Shown here piece by piece: positions 37,338 through 50,566 of a stretch of DNA of 64,000 nt (position 1 is its first letter; every line of letters starts with the position of its first letter). The position numbers were made by a program, and so were the translations under genes. The stretch is from Haliotis rubra (lineage: Eukaryota), in assembly GCF_003918875.1 (NCBI RefSeq), contig NW_025767457.1:682001-746000 (forward strand), in the 5' to 3' direction. The notes beneath the pieces are model-generated. The model saw only the letters and a list, made by a program, of their open reading frames with translations. It was not told where the DNA came from and searched no databases.

Positions 37338-38938
37338 CAAAAACCAAACAAACCAACGCTAACATTTCTGAAAAACTCGAAGTGAAAAGGGGCTCCAGTC
37401 AGGATTATGGAAAGAGGGAACAGTGTTTTATTGCAGAAATGGGAATTGATAGGATATTGACTTTGACTTCGTGTTACGTCTTTTGGGAAATTATTATCAA
37501 GGACGGACCGAAGTTATCTCAAAGTAAAAAGACCTGTTTCTGAGATTACCTAACATGTTCTGAAGTAAATAGAGAACAGAAGCAAAATGTATCGCCACAG
37601 AGCTCGGACCTCAGCAATTATCTTAATTGATTTCCTAACACCCACGTATTTGACCTTCGTGCCCATCCTTTCCCGTATTGTGTGACAATGGGTCTGTATA
37701 AAGAAACATAATGCTGGCAGGGCTCCGTTTCAGCACGTCATACAACATACGTATCTGATTTCCCTTTAAATTGTTATGAGTTTCAAATATGCAATTTGAT
37801 CATACCTCTTTGTCTAATTCATCTTGGGATTTGATTTTAGTTTGTTACACACGTAGGTTCCGTATTGCACTGATATTGAGCTTAAAATATTCTTAGGTAT
37901 TTGGAAAGGCTTTTGTGCTTGGACACATGGAACATGAGTTGCATACTTAGTGATTGTTGAGTGACTGGACACACTGTAGTACCAGAGTCGGGGTCAGAGT
38001 GTTCATTATACGAAGTTAACTGAACTATATGTATATAGGATACTTGGTGAGTGATTGGGTGGGTGGGTAAGTTAGTCAATTTAGTAAAAGGGATTTAAAG
38101 CCGCTTTTGACATTAATCCACTTTCACGGCGAGTCAGTTATGTGTGGGAGAAAAGTCACACAAGTCTCAGACGTTTCCCACTTTGGCGACACCCACGATG
38201 ATGAGGAAACCAGGAAATGTAACCGCCGCAAATAGTGATTCAAACCCACTAGCCCTGGATTCTGGCATGATCAAGGGATGCATCTCTGGACAAAACATTG
38301 CTGCACGTTAGACAACTTTACCAGCCATGCCCCATATACAATTTAATTACAATGTCAACTATGTACTGACATATGCAACAACGCTGGCTGCATCAAAGAC
38401 TGAACCTGCTAAATAAAGAGAGATATCCTTTTATCAGTATTTACATTTGAGACAGATCTTTTAAATGTGTACACATTAACAAGATAACAGAAAAAACACC
38501 ATATGGCTTTGTATCGTTATTACCTTGCATGGAAGAAAAAGGAAACAGAAGATCATTCATCTATTTTTCAGTTTCCTGTATTCAGGAATTTGACATGAGC
38601 TTTAATATTATCAGTTGACGACCATCTACCTTCATTATACTTTAATGTGAGAAGACCGCACCTTAATCTGATACGTAATTTGCAGTTGTTCACAGCATCC
38701 TGTAGGCGTCCCTACAGTGTGAGTACTGTCTGTGGGGCGACCGAATGGTCGCTCGTGTATCCTGTCAACCGTCCCGTGTGACCAGGCTCGATGCTATGGA
38801 TATATATGGAAGCGTCTCGGAGATTTATTTATTTAATCAGTTGGCTTATGTTTTTAGAGAAATCTTTAGTCCAGATTGAATACACACTATGACTCTAAAG
38901 AAAGACGATATCTGGAAATTATTTCCTGAACGTATTGA

Positions 38939-39081
38939 CGTGAATTTAGTTTTACGCCGCTTTAAGCAATATCACTGCTGCGGACACCAGAAATGGGCTT
39001 CATTGTACCCATGTGGGGAATCGAACTCGTGTCTTTGGTGTGACGAGCGAACTCTTTAAACACTAGGCTACCCCACCGACC
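38939..39081 (-). mobile_element. Short tRNA-derived SINE (same family)
   Basis: A and B boxes. TSD gaacgtattga / gaacatattga. Confidence 0.8.
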
Positions 39082-40499
39082 AGAACATATTGAAGATCAA
39101 ACAGGTACATTTCTCTTGCTGACGTACAATAAATTTATTTCATTGAAAAAACGGAAAACAAAAATGTTAACTTTTCACAATAAGTGGTGTCACTGAACCA
39201 CACATCGCGTGACAGTCACGGAGTGGTCATTACTCTTTTGAAGGTATCAGTTTAGTTTGTTTTTCACGGTGTAATGACATGTTAACCACGATTCTGTATT
39301 GATGTGGTTTGACTTCAAGAGGACTAAATGTCAAAGGCACCACATTATTTATTTCATCAGCCTGGACGGTATTACGACGGAATTCGCCAATCGCCCATCG
39401 ATATTTCAAAGCAAACGCAAACACAGTGATGATACATGATATTATTTGAATGGTATTAATTTCACTTCCTATCATTAAAACATTGTAAGTTGTAGGAAGA
39501 TGCAAGCATGGTTACAGATTCCATTACCTAAGGAACAGATTCTCTGATCTTCAAGAACAGATTACATTTGTAAAATAATACGAGTTAAAACGCCAGGTCA
39601 TCTGTAACGAGAACAACCACTATCACGTCAGTATCACTGTCCAGGGAGTGAAAACAAAGGCGGGTAAAGGTCAATACGTTTCGTTGAAAGAAACATGTTT
39701 ATTTATGACGGACTGTTTGTAACGTATAACTTAGGAGTGAGTTAGTATGGTTTTACGACTCTTTCAACACTACTCCGATAAGATAACGTGGTGGATGGCC
39801 GAAATGGACTTCACATGCTGTGCCCATGTGGGGAATCGAAACTAGCCGTCAGCGTGGCTCAGATATTGGAACCTAACAGAAAATTAACTACTATTAATCA
39901 GTCGTCGCGACGGCTAGGTTGCAATCAGATGAACACTTTATTACTAGTTTTGTGATGTTGTGAGTTCAAATAGGAAACGTTTGTGTTTAGTTAATTTCTT
40001 TGATTCGAAAAGAAGCAATAAAAAAATAAAGAAATTACTTTGTTCCGCAAGCAAGTAGATAAATGTGTGTTTTACATCAACACAATATTGCAACGCCGTT
40101 AATTACTGCTCTCTTTATAATCAACTATCCAAATCCAGTACTTTTAGCAGTGAATAATATGTCTGACTATTTGCTTAAGCGAAAGCGAAGTGAGATGAGA
40201 CTATATGAGGCCTTATTCTTCATGCACTGAAACATCAAATGCCAGTTTTCGAATGTGCTTGTAGTTAAACAGGAGACAGACGTTCGGGTATATAATGGCG
40301 AGGTTGATTTAAACATTGCTGTTTAACGCCATCAGCAATATTTGGGATGTATGACCTTGGAAATGCCCAAATTGGATTCTGTGACTGATCGTGAAATAAT
40401 GTGCAACGACAGGTAGTGTCCCATGTTTGACAGCGTCTTGGTCGCTGATCCCTTAAGTTGTGAAGTTTCGCTGTCAAAACTGTGATAACTAGCCGTACC

Positions 40500-41065
40500 A
40501 ATTAGGGGTAATTATGTAAATGCAATCAACTGAGAGAAGTACAGAAGTACAGCTCTATTGGTTCCTATACCTATACCAGTAATATGGAAAACGGGCACGA
40601 GAAGAGCTGAAAAGTGTACCAAAGATTTAGGAGAAAGAAAGGAGAAAGACTTTGGATGCGTATGAAGAAGCAACACCTCAAGAGATTGAAGCCCGACTTC
40701 AGATGTATGAGAGTATCAAGTCAAGTCTGTACAGACAAAGAACCAAGAAGGTCCCCGTTCTGCAAAAGACGCCCAAGAGCTACAGCTTGATGGAGAATGG
40801 GCTACAACAGACCAAAGAGAAGACTTTCTACTAATATATGACAACAGCGGTAGTAGGATCATTATTTTTTAACTCTCTCTAGTTTATCCAGATTGTGTGA
40901 AAGTGATACTGTTTCAATGGATGGCACTTTCAAGATTTGTCCCAAAATATTTTATCAAGTATATATCATCCTCTTCCATTATAAGTTATACAGTACTTTG
41001 CCTGAGCTTTTCTGTCTCCTTCCGGATAAGACCAGTGCCACATACCGTCCGGTAAGCTCACTGTC
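40500..41065 (+). mobile_element. Mutator-like (MULE) transposase fragment
   Basis: SMDGTFKICPKIFYQVYII...LFCLLPDKTSATY and upstream YESIKSSLYRQRTK. It is an insertion relative to paralog 17420-17440. Confidence 0.8.
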
Positions 41066-41729
41066 AAAATTGGGACAACTGGCTAGATCAATTACAGAAG
41101 TGTGAAATTTCATACCATTTTGGGATACAATGACATTTTTGAAGGCCGCATTCCAAAGGCATATATGATACTATACATATATGAAGAAGAATATGAAGAA
41201 GAATACGTTTACTCGTAAATAATATACGACTCAAAGGTCGTTTACAGGCTCTAATGCGCACATGCATTAGAGCCTGCATAAGATATACAAACAAATGGCA
41301 ACATTTTAATGATAGATTCATTGCTGGAAGACATTACTAACGTGACCAAAAGCCATATTTTACTTCCATCTTGGCCGAAATGTTAGCGCTGATCATATGG
41401 AATCAGGCCTCACCCAAGCTCCATACTTCTCTGAAGAGCTTAACGTCCCTAGCGACAAACGGTTGGATGACTTAGTTGTTGCCTGTTGTCAAGTATGCCT
41501 GAGGATGACTGGTGTATAGCTTTACCTTCCCTAGACGTTCTGTGACGATTATCCTGATGTCAGATACATTTAACGTGACATCTAAAGTGCCCTTATAGAA
41601 TGCGTGAACATCAGGTTTTCTTGATATCCATTTGATAAAGTTTCCTTCACCCAGCTTTGTATCGCTGGAGTTTTGACTCCCAGGGAAGCATTGGCGGTAT
41701 GTGGCAAATGATACATATACCGGCGATAT

Positions 41730-42093
41730 ATAGAGAATCTCACCTAAGTGTCTGCTCATATCAATTATATCAACACGAGTTGATAAAGTTACAAATTACT
41801 ACGTTTGTCAACGAGTCTTGATATAATTGATATCAGTAGACACGAAGGTGAGATTCTATTTATCATAAAAGATCACTCGTCATTAGTTTTTCAATACAAA
41901 ATGTACATTTCTGAACACGGTACTACCCTAAGACTTGCAGTGCAGCGATGTCATAGCATTGTGACGTCATCCAGTTCATGACATCATAGCATTGTCAGGG
42001 CACAAAATCTGACAAAACGATATCACCTAGGAGATATCGTTTGATCTCACACAAGCAATATCTACAGTGGAACACAGTTTGGGGTGATAAATA
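41730..42093. mobile_element. Non-autonomous element with a subterminal ~130 bp hairpin (Crypton-like architecture)
   Basis: Arms 41730-41788 / 41804-41859 (agaatctcacc...ggtgagattct). Absent from the paralog near 18110. Confidence 0.55.
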
Positions 42094-42582
42094 TAAGTAC
42101 TGCCGGTGTGATAACAAATTTTAACTCATCCACTTAAATATAATGTATTTATTGCCGAAAACGGTTTCGAATTCCGAGATTTCACGGGTCTTTTGTCAAA
42201 GATGGAAAAAAAGTGTCCAAGCTGAGTAACACTACTAACGAGCATCCATATCGGACCATACTGGCACACTACTAAAGGTTACATGAGAAACACTTACTAA
42301 TAAAGTCCTGGTTACTTGCGATGGTATCTGAAATCAACAAGCCACATGTTGCCAAAGAGTGGGACAGTGGGTAACCCAGGAAAAAGTCAGCGAAACCAAA
42401 TATTTATCCTGTTGTATGGACAGTGTTATTGACGTGATAAACCGATAAACTCGGTATTATGATTTGATAAATATGCAAATGAGGTCATTTTGTAGGAAGC
42501 TGAAATCATCCGCGCAGTGTCTGCTTGATCAATATTTTATTGACAAATGTTCCCCACTGGTTTCGGAAGGGGACTTTCCAGA

Positions 42583-42633
<51 letters not shown>
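42583..42633. repeat. (GT)n(GA)n microsatellite
   Basis: Directly visible. Confidence 0.95.
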
Positions 42634-42634
<1 letters not shown>

Positions 42635-43777
42635 ACATGTGGCTATATATAATCTGTCACTATATGATGAACATTGTAAGTCATATCCGATTACTAAGTA
42701 TAATTCTTCGAGAACAGACCCGCATTTTTCAAATTAAGAATGAAATTTCATTTAATCTATGAACAGATGTTACCCTCATATCGTGAATTTATGGAAAACA
42801 TATGCCATCGTTTTGATGGGAAGACACGCAGCGAATAATCATAATGTTTGCAGTATTCTTGAGAGCAATATGTCGATAAAATTATCCGACCAAAAGGATC
42901 GGCTGATGATATCAAGTGACTTTGTAGTTTGTGTGTACTCTTGTCCCGATAGGACGGATCGCGGTGGTATGCGTGTGCGTGTGGGTGTGCATGTGCGTGT
43001 GCGTGTGCGTGCGTGTTCATGTGTATATGTGCATTGTTAGGGAGGAATTGAGTTTGGTTTTCGGCACTTTGGATTTATTCCAGTCATAGCACGTGTCTAA
43101 TGTAGGAGAACATATCTAAATATTCTGTGAAAACTGCTAGCTGACAAAAATCGAACGCCGCAATTCACCACAGTGAATAGAATCCCATGCGTACGTCAGA
43201 AATCTATTATTATTGGTTTGAATTCTTGTTAATACCGATTATGTTCCACTATTCATCAGCATAATGATTCACCAGTGACCTCGGCGTGTACATATCTGTC
43301 AGGTTCAAGTATTTATCTTCATTTATGATTACAACAAAAGAGATGAAGAAACCATCAGGCATGATACTGGGACGCATGGGAAGTTAGATACTGAAGGGAA
43401 CCTTTTACATAAGACATATACAGCGGGATTAAATTTAGATTTGATTTAGATGGCTACTGCATAAAAACTCAATTCGTGAGAAGAAAATAATTTTTATAAT
43501 AATATTATTATTAAATATACAAGACACCAACGCTCTCTGCAGGTCCGATGGAAGTTGCGAAAGAGATAATTGTCTGGTGACCTGTTGGGGCGTTAACAAT
43601 GACTCGAAATAATCGAAAATATGTATCCATTGACACCACGTAGTATTGATTGCTTGTGCTGAAGTAAGTTAAACAATATATGGAGAAGGGGTCATTGATA
43701 CTGACCGTTTGAAACACCTGTCGACACAGTAATTGATCCCCGAGGAAACCTCATGTAACAAAATGATTAGATTAGGA

Positions 43778-44019
43778 GTGAGTGAGTTTAGTTTTACGCC
43801 ACACTCAGCACTATTCCAGCTATATGGCGGCGGTCTGTAAATAATAGAGTCTGGACCGGACAACCCAGTGATCAAACACATGACCATCGATCTGCGCATT
43901 TGGGAACCGATGACATGTGTCAACCAAGTCAGCAAGCCTGACCACCCAATCCCGTTAGTCGCCTCATACGACAAGCAAGGGTTACTGAAGATCAATATTC
44001 TAACCCGGATCTTCACGGG
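43778..44019 (-). mobile_element. GACCCGTGAAG-family SINE, full length
   Basis: TSD tgattagattagga 43764-43777 / 44020-44033. Confidence 0.9.
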
Positions 44020-44449
44020 TGATTAGATTAGGACAATACGTGAATAGAAGACGAGGACATAACACACTCCATGGAAATTCCATGACGCCTGATCCGTACA
44101 TATCCTGTTAATTCTACGCTATTTGACTACTTCACAAAATACGCTCGTTTATGCCGTGGTGTGGGTTAAACCATTACTTTAAATGGTGAGACAAATCATG
44201 CTGTTGCCATTGTCAAGAATTGAGAAGGGTATACCGATCCATGTTTATTACATTAGTTACTGTTCTTGCCGGAATATGTCTGTGACATGACGAGTAAAAT
44301 GGTAAAACATTTCACCTAATTGTTTCTTTTGCGCTAAGTGTAAATTCTTGACCACATATTTAGTCTGTTTCTTAGACGTGACGTGAGATACGAGTATATG
44401 CATCTTATGTCTTAAATGTAGTGTGAGATGCGATGTACATGTGCTTGCT

Positions 44450-45125
44450 AACGCTCGGTCACAACATCTACTGAATCTGATCAGAAACATTTGAGTACAA
44501 TGACAACATTGTGTTTCAGTGAAAACCCTCAAATTATATTTCCTGTTAATGTAGCTGCATGCCCAGTCACCTTCTATAAGCCTCATCCGTGATGCCTTTC
44601 GGAGAAGACCGGTGGAAAGTGAACTTCATGACATCCACCTATCATCTTATGAGTAACCATGAGCAATATGGAATCCATTTTGATTTTCGTCGTTTTAGGA
44701 AAAATGGCAAGATATGTGTAATGGAAAGTTGAACATATGTTCCCAGATGTGCGAAATATTGAAAGGTGAACATCCCCAGGATGGCACTTTACCATTCTAT
44801 ACAAATTTGTTTGTATTTTTAAAAATCTATTAATTACCAATTGTGTTCAAACAATCGTCAAAATATGTAACATTTACACTGCGGTGTTAGCTACGATACA
44901 GATATATATGACATTTATTCTTGACTTATAACCCTTCACTGGCATATCGTTTACAACAGCAAAAGAAATGTCTCATCCTATCGATTTTCCGAGAAATAAA
45001 CATTTTGTGTTCTCGTACGAACTGGAGCAGTTCTTAAAATGCGCAGTTGCTTTTCGAGCTAACATCTAAGAAGTAAGGAATCGATTGTGATGTCATGATG
45101 TATTTTTACGTGATACATTGACACC
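44450..45125. repeat. Block E, with inverted paralogs at 62640-63260 and 63826-64000
   Basis: For example ctgaatctgatcagaaacatt...gatgcctttcggagaagaccggtg matches the reverse complement at 63098-63245 and 63855-63985. Confidence 0.88.
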
Positions 45126-45170
45126 TTAACGTACAGCCAGGCCTGAGATCAACGCCTCAGTATTACAGTT

Positions 45171-45181
45171 ACGCACCCACG

Positions 45182-45220
<39 letters not shown>

Positions 45221-45258
45221 GCACGCACGCACGCACGCACGCCAGACGCACACACACA
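45171..45258. repeat. (CA)n/(CACG)n compound microsatellite
   Basis: Directly visible. Confidence 0.95.
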
Positions 45259-45962
45259 TTGCTGTGTTGAATCTTATTTTCAATAAACGTTTTCACTATA
45301 AACTTGAAAAATAGAAATCCGCTGTTGAGTGTGCTGCTTTGTCTCTTAATCGTTCCATGATCCGCTGACCATGCGCTTCAGATTCCCATTTCTTTTACAT
45401 GCCAGTATTCTTCAGTTTCACACGTGTAGGAGATAAGTATAGCTTGATTATTTTCCGTAGTTATATTACATGAACAGTAAGCTTTGGTTTCTAAGTTTCA
45501 CAATTGTTGGTCACAATCTTTCGAGTTTACAACGACTCTTCCTAATAAGTTGTTTAAATACATAAAATTCATAAAATGCTTTGTGGTAAACATGTCGATG
45601 ACATTCAAAATGCGACGCAATAGTGACAATTAATTATGTCCGATGCAAGAGCCTATTTTCCTTTCACAAATGTTCCCCTGTTTTCGTCAGGCGAATGTCA
45701 TCATCCTTTCGCGAACACTTGGAATTGGAATCATCATTATCTGTGATTTATTAACAAATAATACAGTCGGAATTGTAAAACTAGCTGTTTTGGCAGAGAT
45801 TTCTTTCACAAAATGAACCGGCTTCACAGGTATTTACTAATACGAACCAAGTGTTAAAAACACAAAAACACCTTCCACAATCAGTCTAGGTGCTACTTTT
45901 TATTTAAGGTTGATAATAGACATCAAGTTGACAAAAAACCCAAAAGCAACTAAGTCCAGACT

Positions 45963-46278
45963 AATGCCTGCCCCTGCGGGTGTACTATGGGCTACTGATT
46001 GTATATATCTACTATGCCATACTCCACTCCCTTGTAGTTATTATGCCATATTATACTTTATATTATACCAGCAGATCCACTCCATTGTATTTATTGTGCC
46101 ATACTATATTGTAATTATACCAGCAGATCCACACCATTGTATTTATTATACAATGTATTGTATGTATGTATTTACTATATTGTATATTATACCAGCAGTT
46201 CCACTCCATTGTACCACACTTATAAAATTTTGTATATGCTCCACTGAAATAAATAAAAATATTTTAAAATACCCCAAA
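45963..46278 (+). mobile_element. 5'-truncated retroposon 3' end with an internal minisatellite
   Basis: TSD aagtccagact 45952-45962 / 46279-46289; three tataccagcag.tccac.ccattgta units; aataaa and an A-rich tail. Confidence 0.65.
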
Positions 46279-46933
46279 AAGTCCAGACTCAACTCTGACC
46301 ATAGTTATCTGCAATTACATTACCGATCAATGATACTCAACACTCATGGCAGTATATATCAAAGCATGATGAACTGGTGTGTCTGGACGAAACATTGCAC
46401 ATAAAACGGTACTTGTAATACTGGCGTTTCTCGGCATTTCTTACTGAGCAATTGCTTTGTGAAGTTTATTCCGCTATTTCACAACATCACAGGTGTTTAT
46501 GACAGCAATAAGAAAATACAATCGCGTTTCACAAAATATCTTCTGAGTTTTAACCTGGGAGAGAGCTGTATGCGAGGATGCCAAGATACATGTTTCAGTA
46601 TTCCAGACAGACGAGCTTCTAAAGTTTTCCCAGTTGCTGATAACATACAAGCTTGAAAACCATGCTAATATTATATTAACTGTGTAATTATTGATTTGTA
46701 TCGAATAACTAACAATGCATATTGTTTGGATAAAAGTGACATGTTAAGTGAGTGTGAGCGGATGATTAATTGATTGCCCTGTGAATTCGATTCAGCAGGA
46801 ATTGGGTGAAGGTAGTCATATCCATAAAATGTCAAATTCGATATACTCGAATTGGCTACTGTTCACTCCAGTTACTATAAATAAATACATATAATCCGAA
46901 CATCATTTCTTACTTCTGAATGTGAACCTATGA

Positions 46934-47173
46934 GTGAGTGAGTTGAGTTTTACGCCGCACTCAGCAATATTCCAGCTATATGGCGGCGGTCTGTAAATAA
47001 TCGAGTCTGGACCAGACAATCCAGGGATCAACAGCATGAACATCTATCTACGCAATTGGTAAGCGATGACATGTGTCAACCTAGTAAGCGAGCCTGACCA
47101 CCCGATCCCGTTAGTCGCCTCTTACGACAAGCATGGGTTACTGAAGGTTCATTCTAACCCGGACCTTCACGGG
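46934..47173 (-). mobile_element. GACCCGTGAAG-family SINE, full length
   Basis: TSD tgtgaacctatga 46921-46933 / tgtgaccctatga 47174-47186. Confidence 0.9.
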
Positions 47174-47354
47174 TGTGACCCTATGACTGACATGAAGCCT
47201 TTATATAGCTGATCATGTTAATCCTAAAAACACCGATGCTGAAGTTTCCAAAGGTCATGTTAAGCAAAACGTACTATCCCTATATTCTTGGCTATTTATG
47301 TTTATTTATCTCTTTTCCTCCAACATGAATATTCATAATAATTTTGTTGCGTTT

Positions 47355-47520
47355 GCTGTTTAACGCCACACTCAACGAGGTAAGCTATATAACAAGGGTC
47401 AGTGAAATTTTCAACTGTGGACCAGACAATCCAGTGATTGACATCATGAGCATCGATACCTGAAGATGACATGTATCAACCTGGTCAGCGAACCTGACAG
47501 CTCGATAATGTTTGTCGCCC
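47355..47520 (-). mobile_element. Degenerate GACCCGTGAAG-family SINE interrupted by a foldback element
   Basis: ggaccagacaatccagtgattgacatcatgagcatcg...gtcgccc, resuming after 48800 with atttacgaca. Confidence 0.7.
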
Positions 47521-47525
47521 ATTTA

Positions 47526-48800
47526 CAGGCCTACCAAAGAAAACTTTCCCACTGTGCAGAAAAACGCAGAAAACCCCACATTAATCGTGGAAATAGAAAC
47601 ATAATCATCATCATCATATCATCATATATACATTTGTATAGCGCCGATATCCAGCTCCGCTCAGCTGCTCAAAGGCGCTTTGTTTTTCCCTCGTTCACTG
47701 GATGTCAATCTCAACGGCCCATCGTATTGTCAATCTCAACTCCCTGGGGAGCATACAAACTCTTGCAGCCACTAGGCGCACCGAGTTATTGTGGCATTCC
47801 CATCCTTACGAGGTACCCATTCACAGCTGGGTGCACTGGGACACATAGTCACAGTACTTTGTCCAAGTTCACTGCACGTTGCTGTACCCGCAACTGGGTG
47901 TTTGCACGTATTCATGTGGCCACCATCTGGTCATATACCTACGGATTCGTGGGTTCTTTTAAGTGCACAGGGTTGTGTACTGTACACTAGGGGTTGTGAC
48001 AACACTGAAAGAGTCTGCACACAAAGTTGACTCCAAGGTTTTTACACCCGGTCACAGGTGGGCTCGATCCCGTCACCTCAAGCTCGCTGGATCACTAGCC
48101 TGGCGCTTTAGCCAGTTCGCCCACCGCGCCCACATAAACCTAGTACCTCGCTACTGAAACAGTCAAAACGGCAACTTTATATCGCTAAAAAACTGGATAA
48201 AAAAACGAAGAGCCTGCAACTTTGATTTTTCGCATGTACCCATGGAAGAGGAAGTCTCGACCGCATGTTAACATTTTTCAGCTTGGACAAAAGTTACATT
48301 CCCTTTATAAAGTATTTCTGTTGTGTTATTTGGCATTTGACTATGAAACTGCAACATTTTTATCAGCGAACTTTGACCTCTACTGCGCATGCGCATTACG
48401 ATCCGCGCTTCTTTCAAATTTCCGAGCACTTGAATGGCCTTGCGTAGAAACAGTATTAAATATGTCGAAATAATTGCTGTCAATCATTTGATACCAATGG
48501 AAAGTAAACTCAACAAGTGTGCACACAAGTATGATGATGATGATAAATGCCAAATGACACAACAGAAATACTTTAAAAAGAGAATGTAACTTTTGTCCAA
48601 GCTGGAAAATGTCAACATGTGGTCGAGACGTCCTCTTCCATGGGTACATGCGCAAAATCAAAGTTGCAGGCTCTTCGTTTTTTTATCCAGTTTTAGCGAT
48701 GTAAAGTTGCCGTTGTTACTGTTTCAGTAGCGAGGTATTATGTTTATGTTGCTATTTCCACGATTAATGCACAGTGGGAAAGGTTTGTTTGGTAGGCCTG
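47526..48800. mobile_element. Non-autonomous foldback/MITE with long (about 270-290 bp) terminal inverted repeats
   Basis: Ends caggcctaccaaa...tttggtaggcctg. Arms 47526-47604 plus 48132-48338 versus 48545-48800. 5-bp duplication ATTTA at 47521-47525 / 48801-48805. Confidence 0.85.
47605..48131 (-). mobile_element. Composite tRNA SINE with Meta-like and Deu/Nin-like central domains and an L2-like tail
   Basis: tRNA head; gtcaactttgtgtgcagactct...gcacttaaagaaccc; cacccagctgtgaatgggtacc; gtatgctccccagggagttgag; aaagcgcctttgag...gcgctatacaaat; (GAT)n tail; TSD acataa. Confidence 0.75.
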
Positions 48801-49693
48801 ATTTACGACATAGGTCACAGTATTTCCGATAATGTAACCAATGTAATTTTCGCAATATTTTCCAAAAACTCAATCCATCTGAGACCTGCATAAATAACTG
48901 CAGTGATGTCACAACAGACACTGGGGATGTTTGTGGAATGCTACCTAACGTCCACACTGGTTATCTGTTTCACATCACACTTACCTTAGTGCAGGTGGCT
49001 TTCTATTACAACAATAACTTGGTTAATGTGATTATAATAGGAAGGCTTTGTATGTATTCATGTATATGTGCATTACATTGAACCAGTCTTCATATTGGAA
49101 TATATTTTACTACTCATCTGCAAAACATCCAACGGTAACGGAAATAGATATACCAAATGCAGTATACCAAATGCATCTTAATCCACACAAGGAAACTATC
49201 TCAACATATCAAACAGATGCCATTCCCTGCGTCTTCTTTATGATTTAAATTCATATTAGCAACCGTGTTTGTGCAAAAACGACTGGACATAATTTATGAT
49301 CCTACCATGATAAGAAAAAGGTTGACTTCCTTCTAAGCAGTTTTCTTTCTCCAATATCCGTTTTGTTTCCTCCTAGGCTTATTTACTGTGTTTTACCATA
49401 TGTGTACATGTTTTTAGCAGATATTTCTTACTATTATAAAGCTGTTTTAGATATTATCTAAAATACACATTTGAAACATTTGAATCAAGTAATTTCCTTT
49501 TCAAAACGTGACCTGTTGAGGGCAGTAAATCACTCCCGTTCCCCAAACTGATGTCCATTCAAAGAAAGAAAGTGTTCCTTGCATCCGAAAAAGTCCAAAT
49601 ATGCTGATTGTTGCGTGCTGAAACATGCATAGAAATCTTTCTTGGTGTCTACGGTTCTGTCAGTTTCATGCATGAGATATATTTATGAGGTAA

Positions 49694-49716
49694 CATAGGC
49701 GGATCCAGAAATTTTC

Positions 49717-49762
<46 letters not shown>

Positions 49763-49876
49763 GGGGTGGTAGAACCCCACCTTGGCTCCGCCATTGCACA
49801 ACATTAACTTCAATGTGGTCTTTAGGCATTTTCAAAAGGGGGGGTCGAACCCCCCCCCCCTCTGGATCCGCCAATG
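49694..49876. mobile_element. Small MITE (GGCGGATCCAG termini) containing (GT)n
   Basis: cataggcggatccag...ctggatccgccaatg; flanks aggtaa / aggcaa. Confidence 0.7.
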
Positions 49877-50566
49877 AGGCAACATGAAGATGGAAAGAGA
49901 CCATCATGGATGCATTTATTGACGACGAGCGCCTTCTTTCTCCAGGGAGTTTCTGATACTAGCAATGTAAATACCGTTAACCTAAGTTACCGTTAGTTTT
50001 AGGTCCGAAGTTAGTACCAATATATGTCTGTACATTAGCTCATGATATCATTTTATTCTACAGCAATATTCCGGCGGTGACTGTAAACGTACTGCTTTTG
50101 ATAGATGTTATTTGTCATAGATAATTATAGCATCACACACCCTGGTCCATCAACGGGCTTCAAAGGCAGTACCGTCCATAACTGTGCTGATGAATCATTA
50201 CTACCATACATGCTATTTGGCCATGAGCTGAAACATTTGGCACCATGATGATAACGATTCAATGTTTAATCCCAAACATAGCATTCAGTGTTATATATTA
50301 TCAGCAACAGAAACGGGCTTTTGATACACAACCAGTGACACAAGATTCTGAGCAGGGTGAAATTACAGAAAGAAAGTTTGATCCAAAATGATACAATGCC
50401 GTGTTTCGAGTTATTATGCATTATGAGGCAACATCGTGATGAATCTGTGCTCGTTGAAGTTGAAATATGATCATTTGGAATGCATCATTCTGTGTATAGC
50501 TCAGCTATTTCGGATTGACTGAAACTAAATATGTCTATTCTAAATGGACAAAGAACTTAGGTAATG

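Larger units (their letters stand above)
29935..43262 (+). repeat. Segmental duplication, copy B
   Basis: Colinear with 1710-6980 plus 12781-19680; roughly 80-85% identity by eye. Confidence 0.95.

Noticed and set aside
45910-46404. 164-aa ORF
   Set aside because: It is produced by a low-complexity minisatellite within a retroposon 3' end and has no protein-like features.
47550-47577. RAG recombination signal sequence (CACTGTG + spacer + AGAAAACCC)
   Set aside because: The spacer is 11 nt, the nonamer is imperfect, the opposite TIR lacks it, and the heptamer is not terminal.
47466-47990. 174-aa ORF
   Set aside because: It spans an old SINE, a TIR and the antisense strand of another SINE, so it is a chance ORF.
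48222-48661. Pair of similar ORFs on opposite strands (MIFRMYPWKR / MILRMYPWKR)
   Set aside because: They are simply the two arms of the foldback element.
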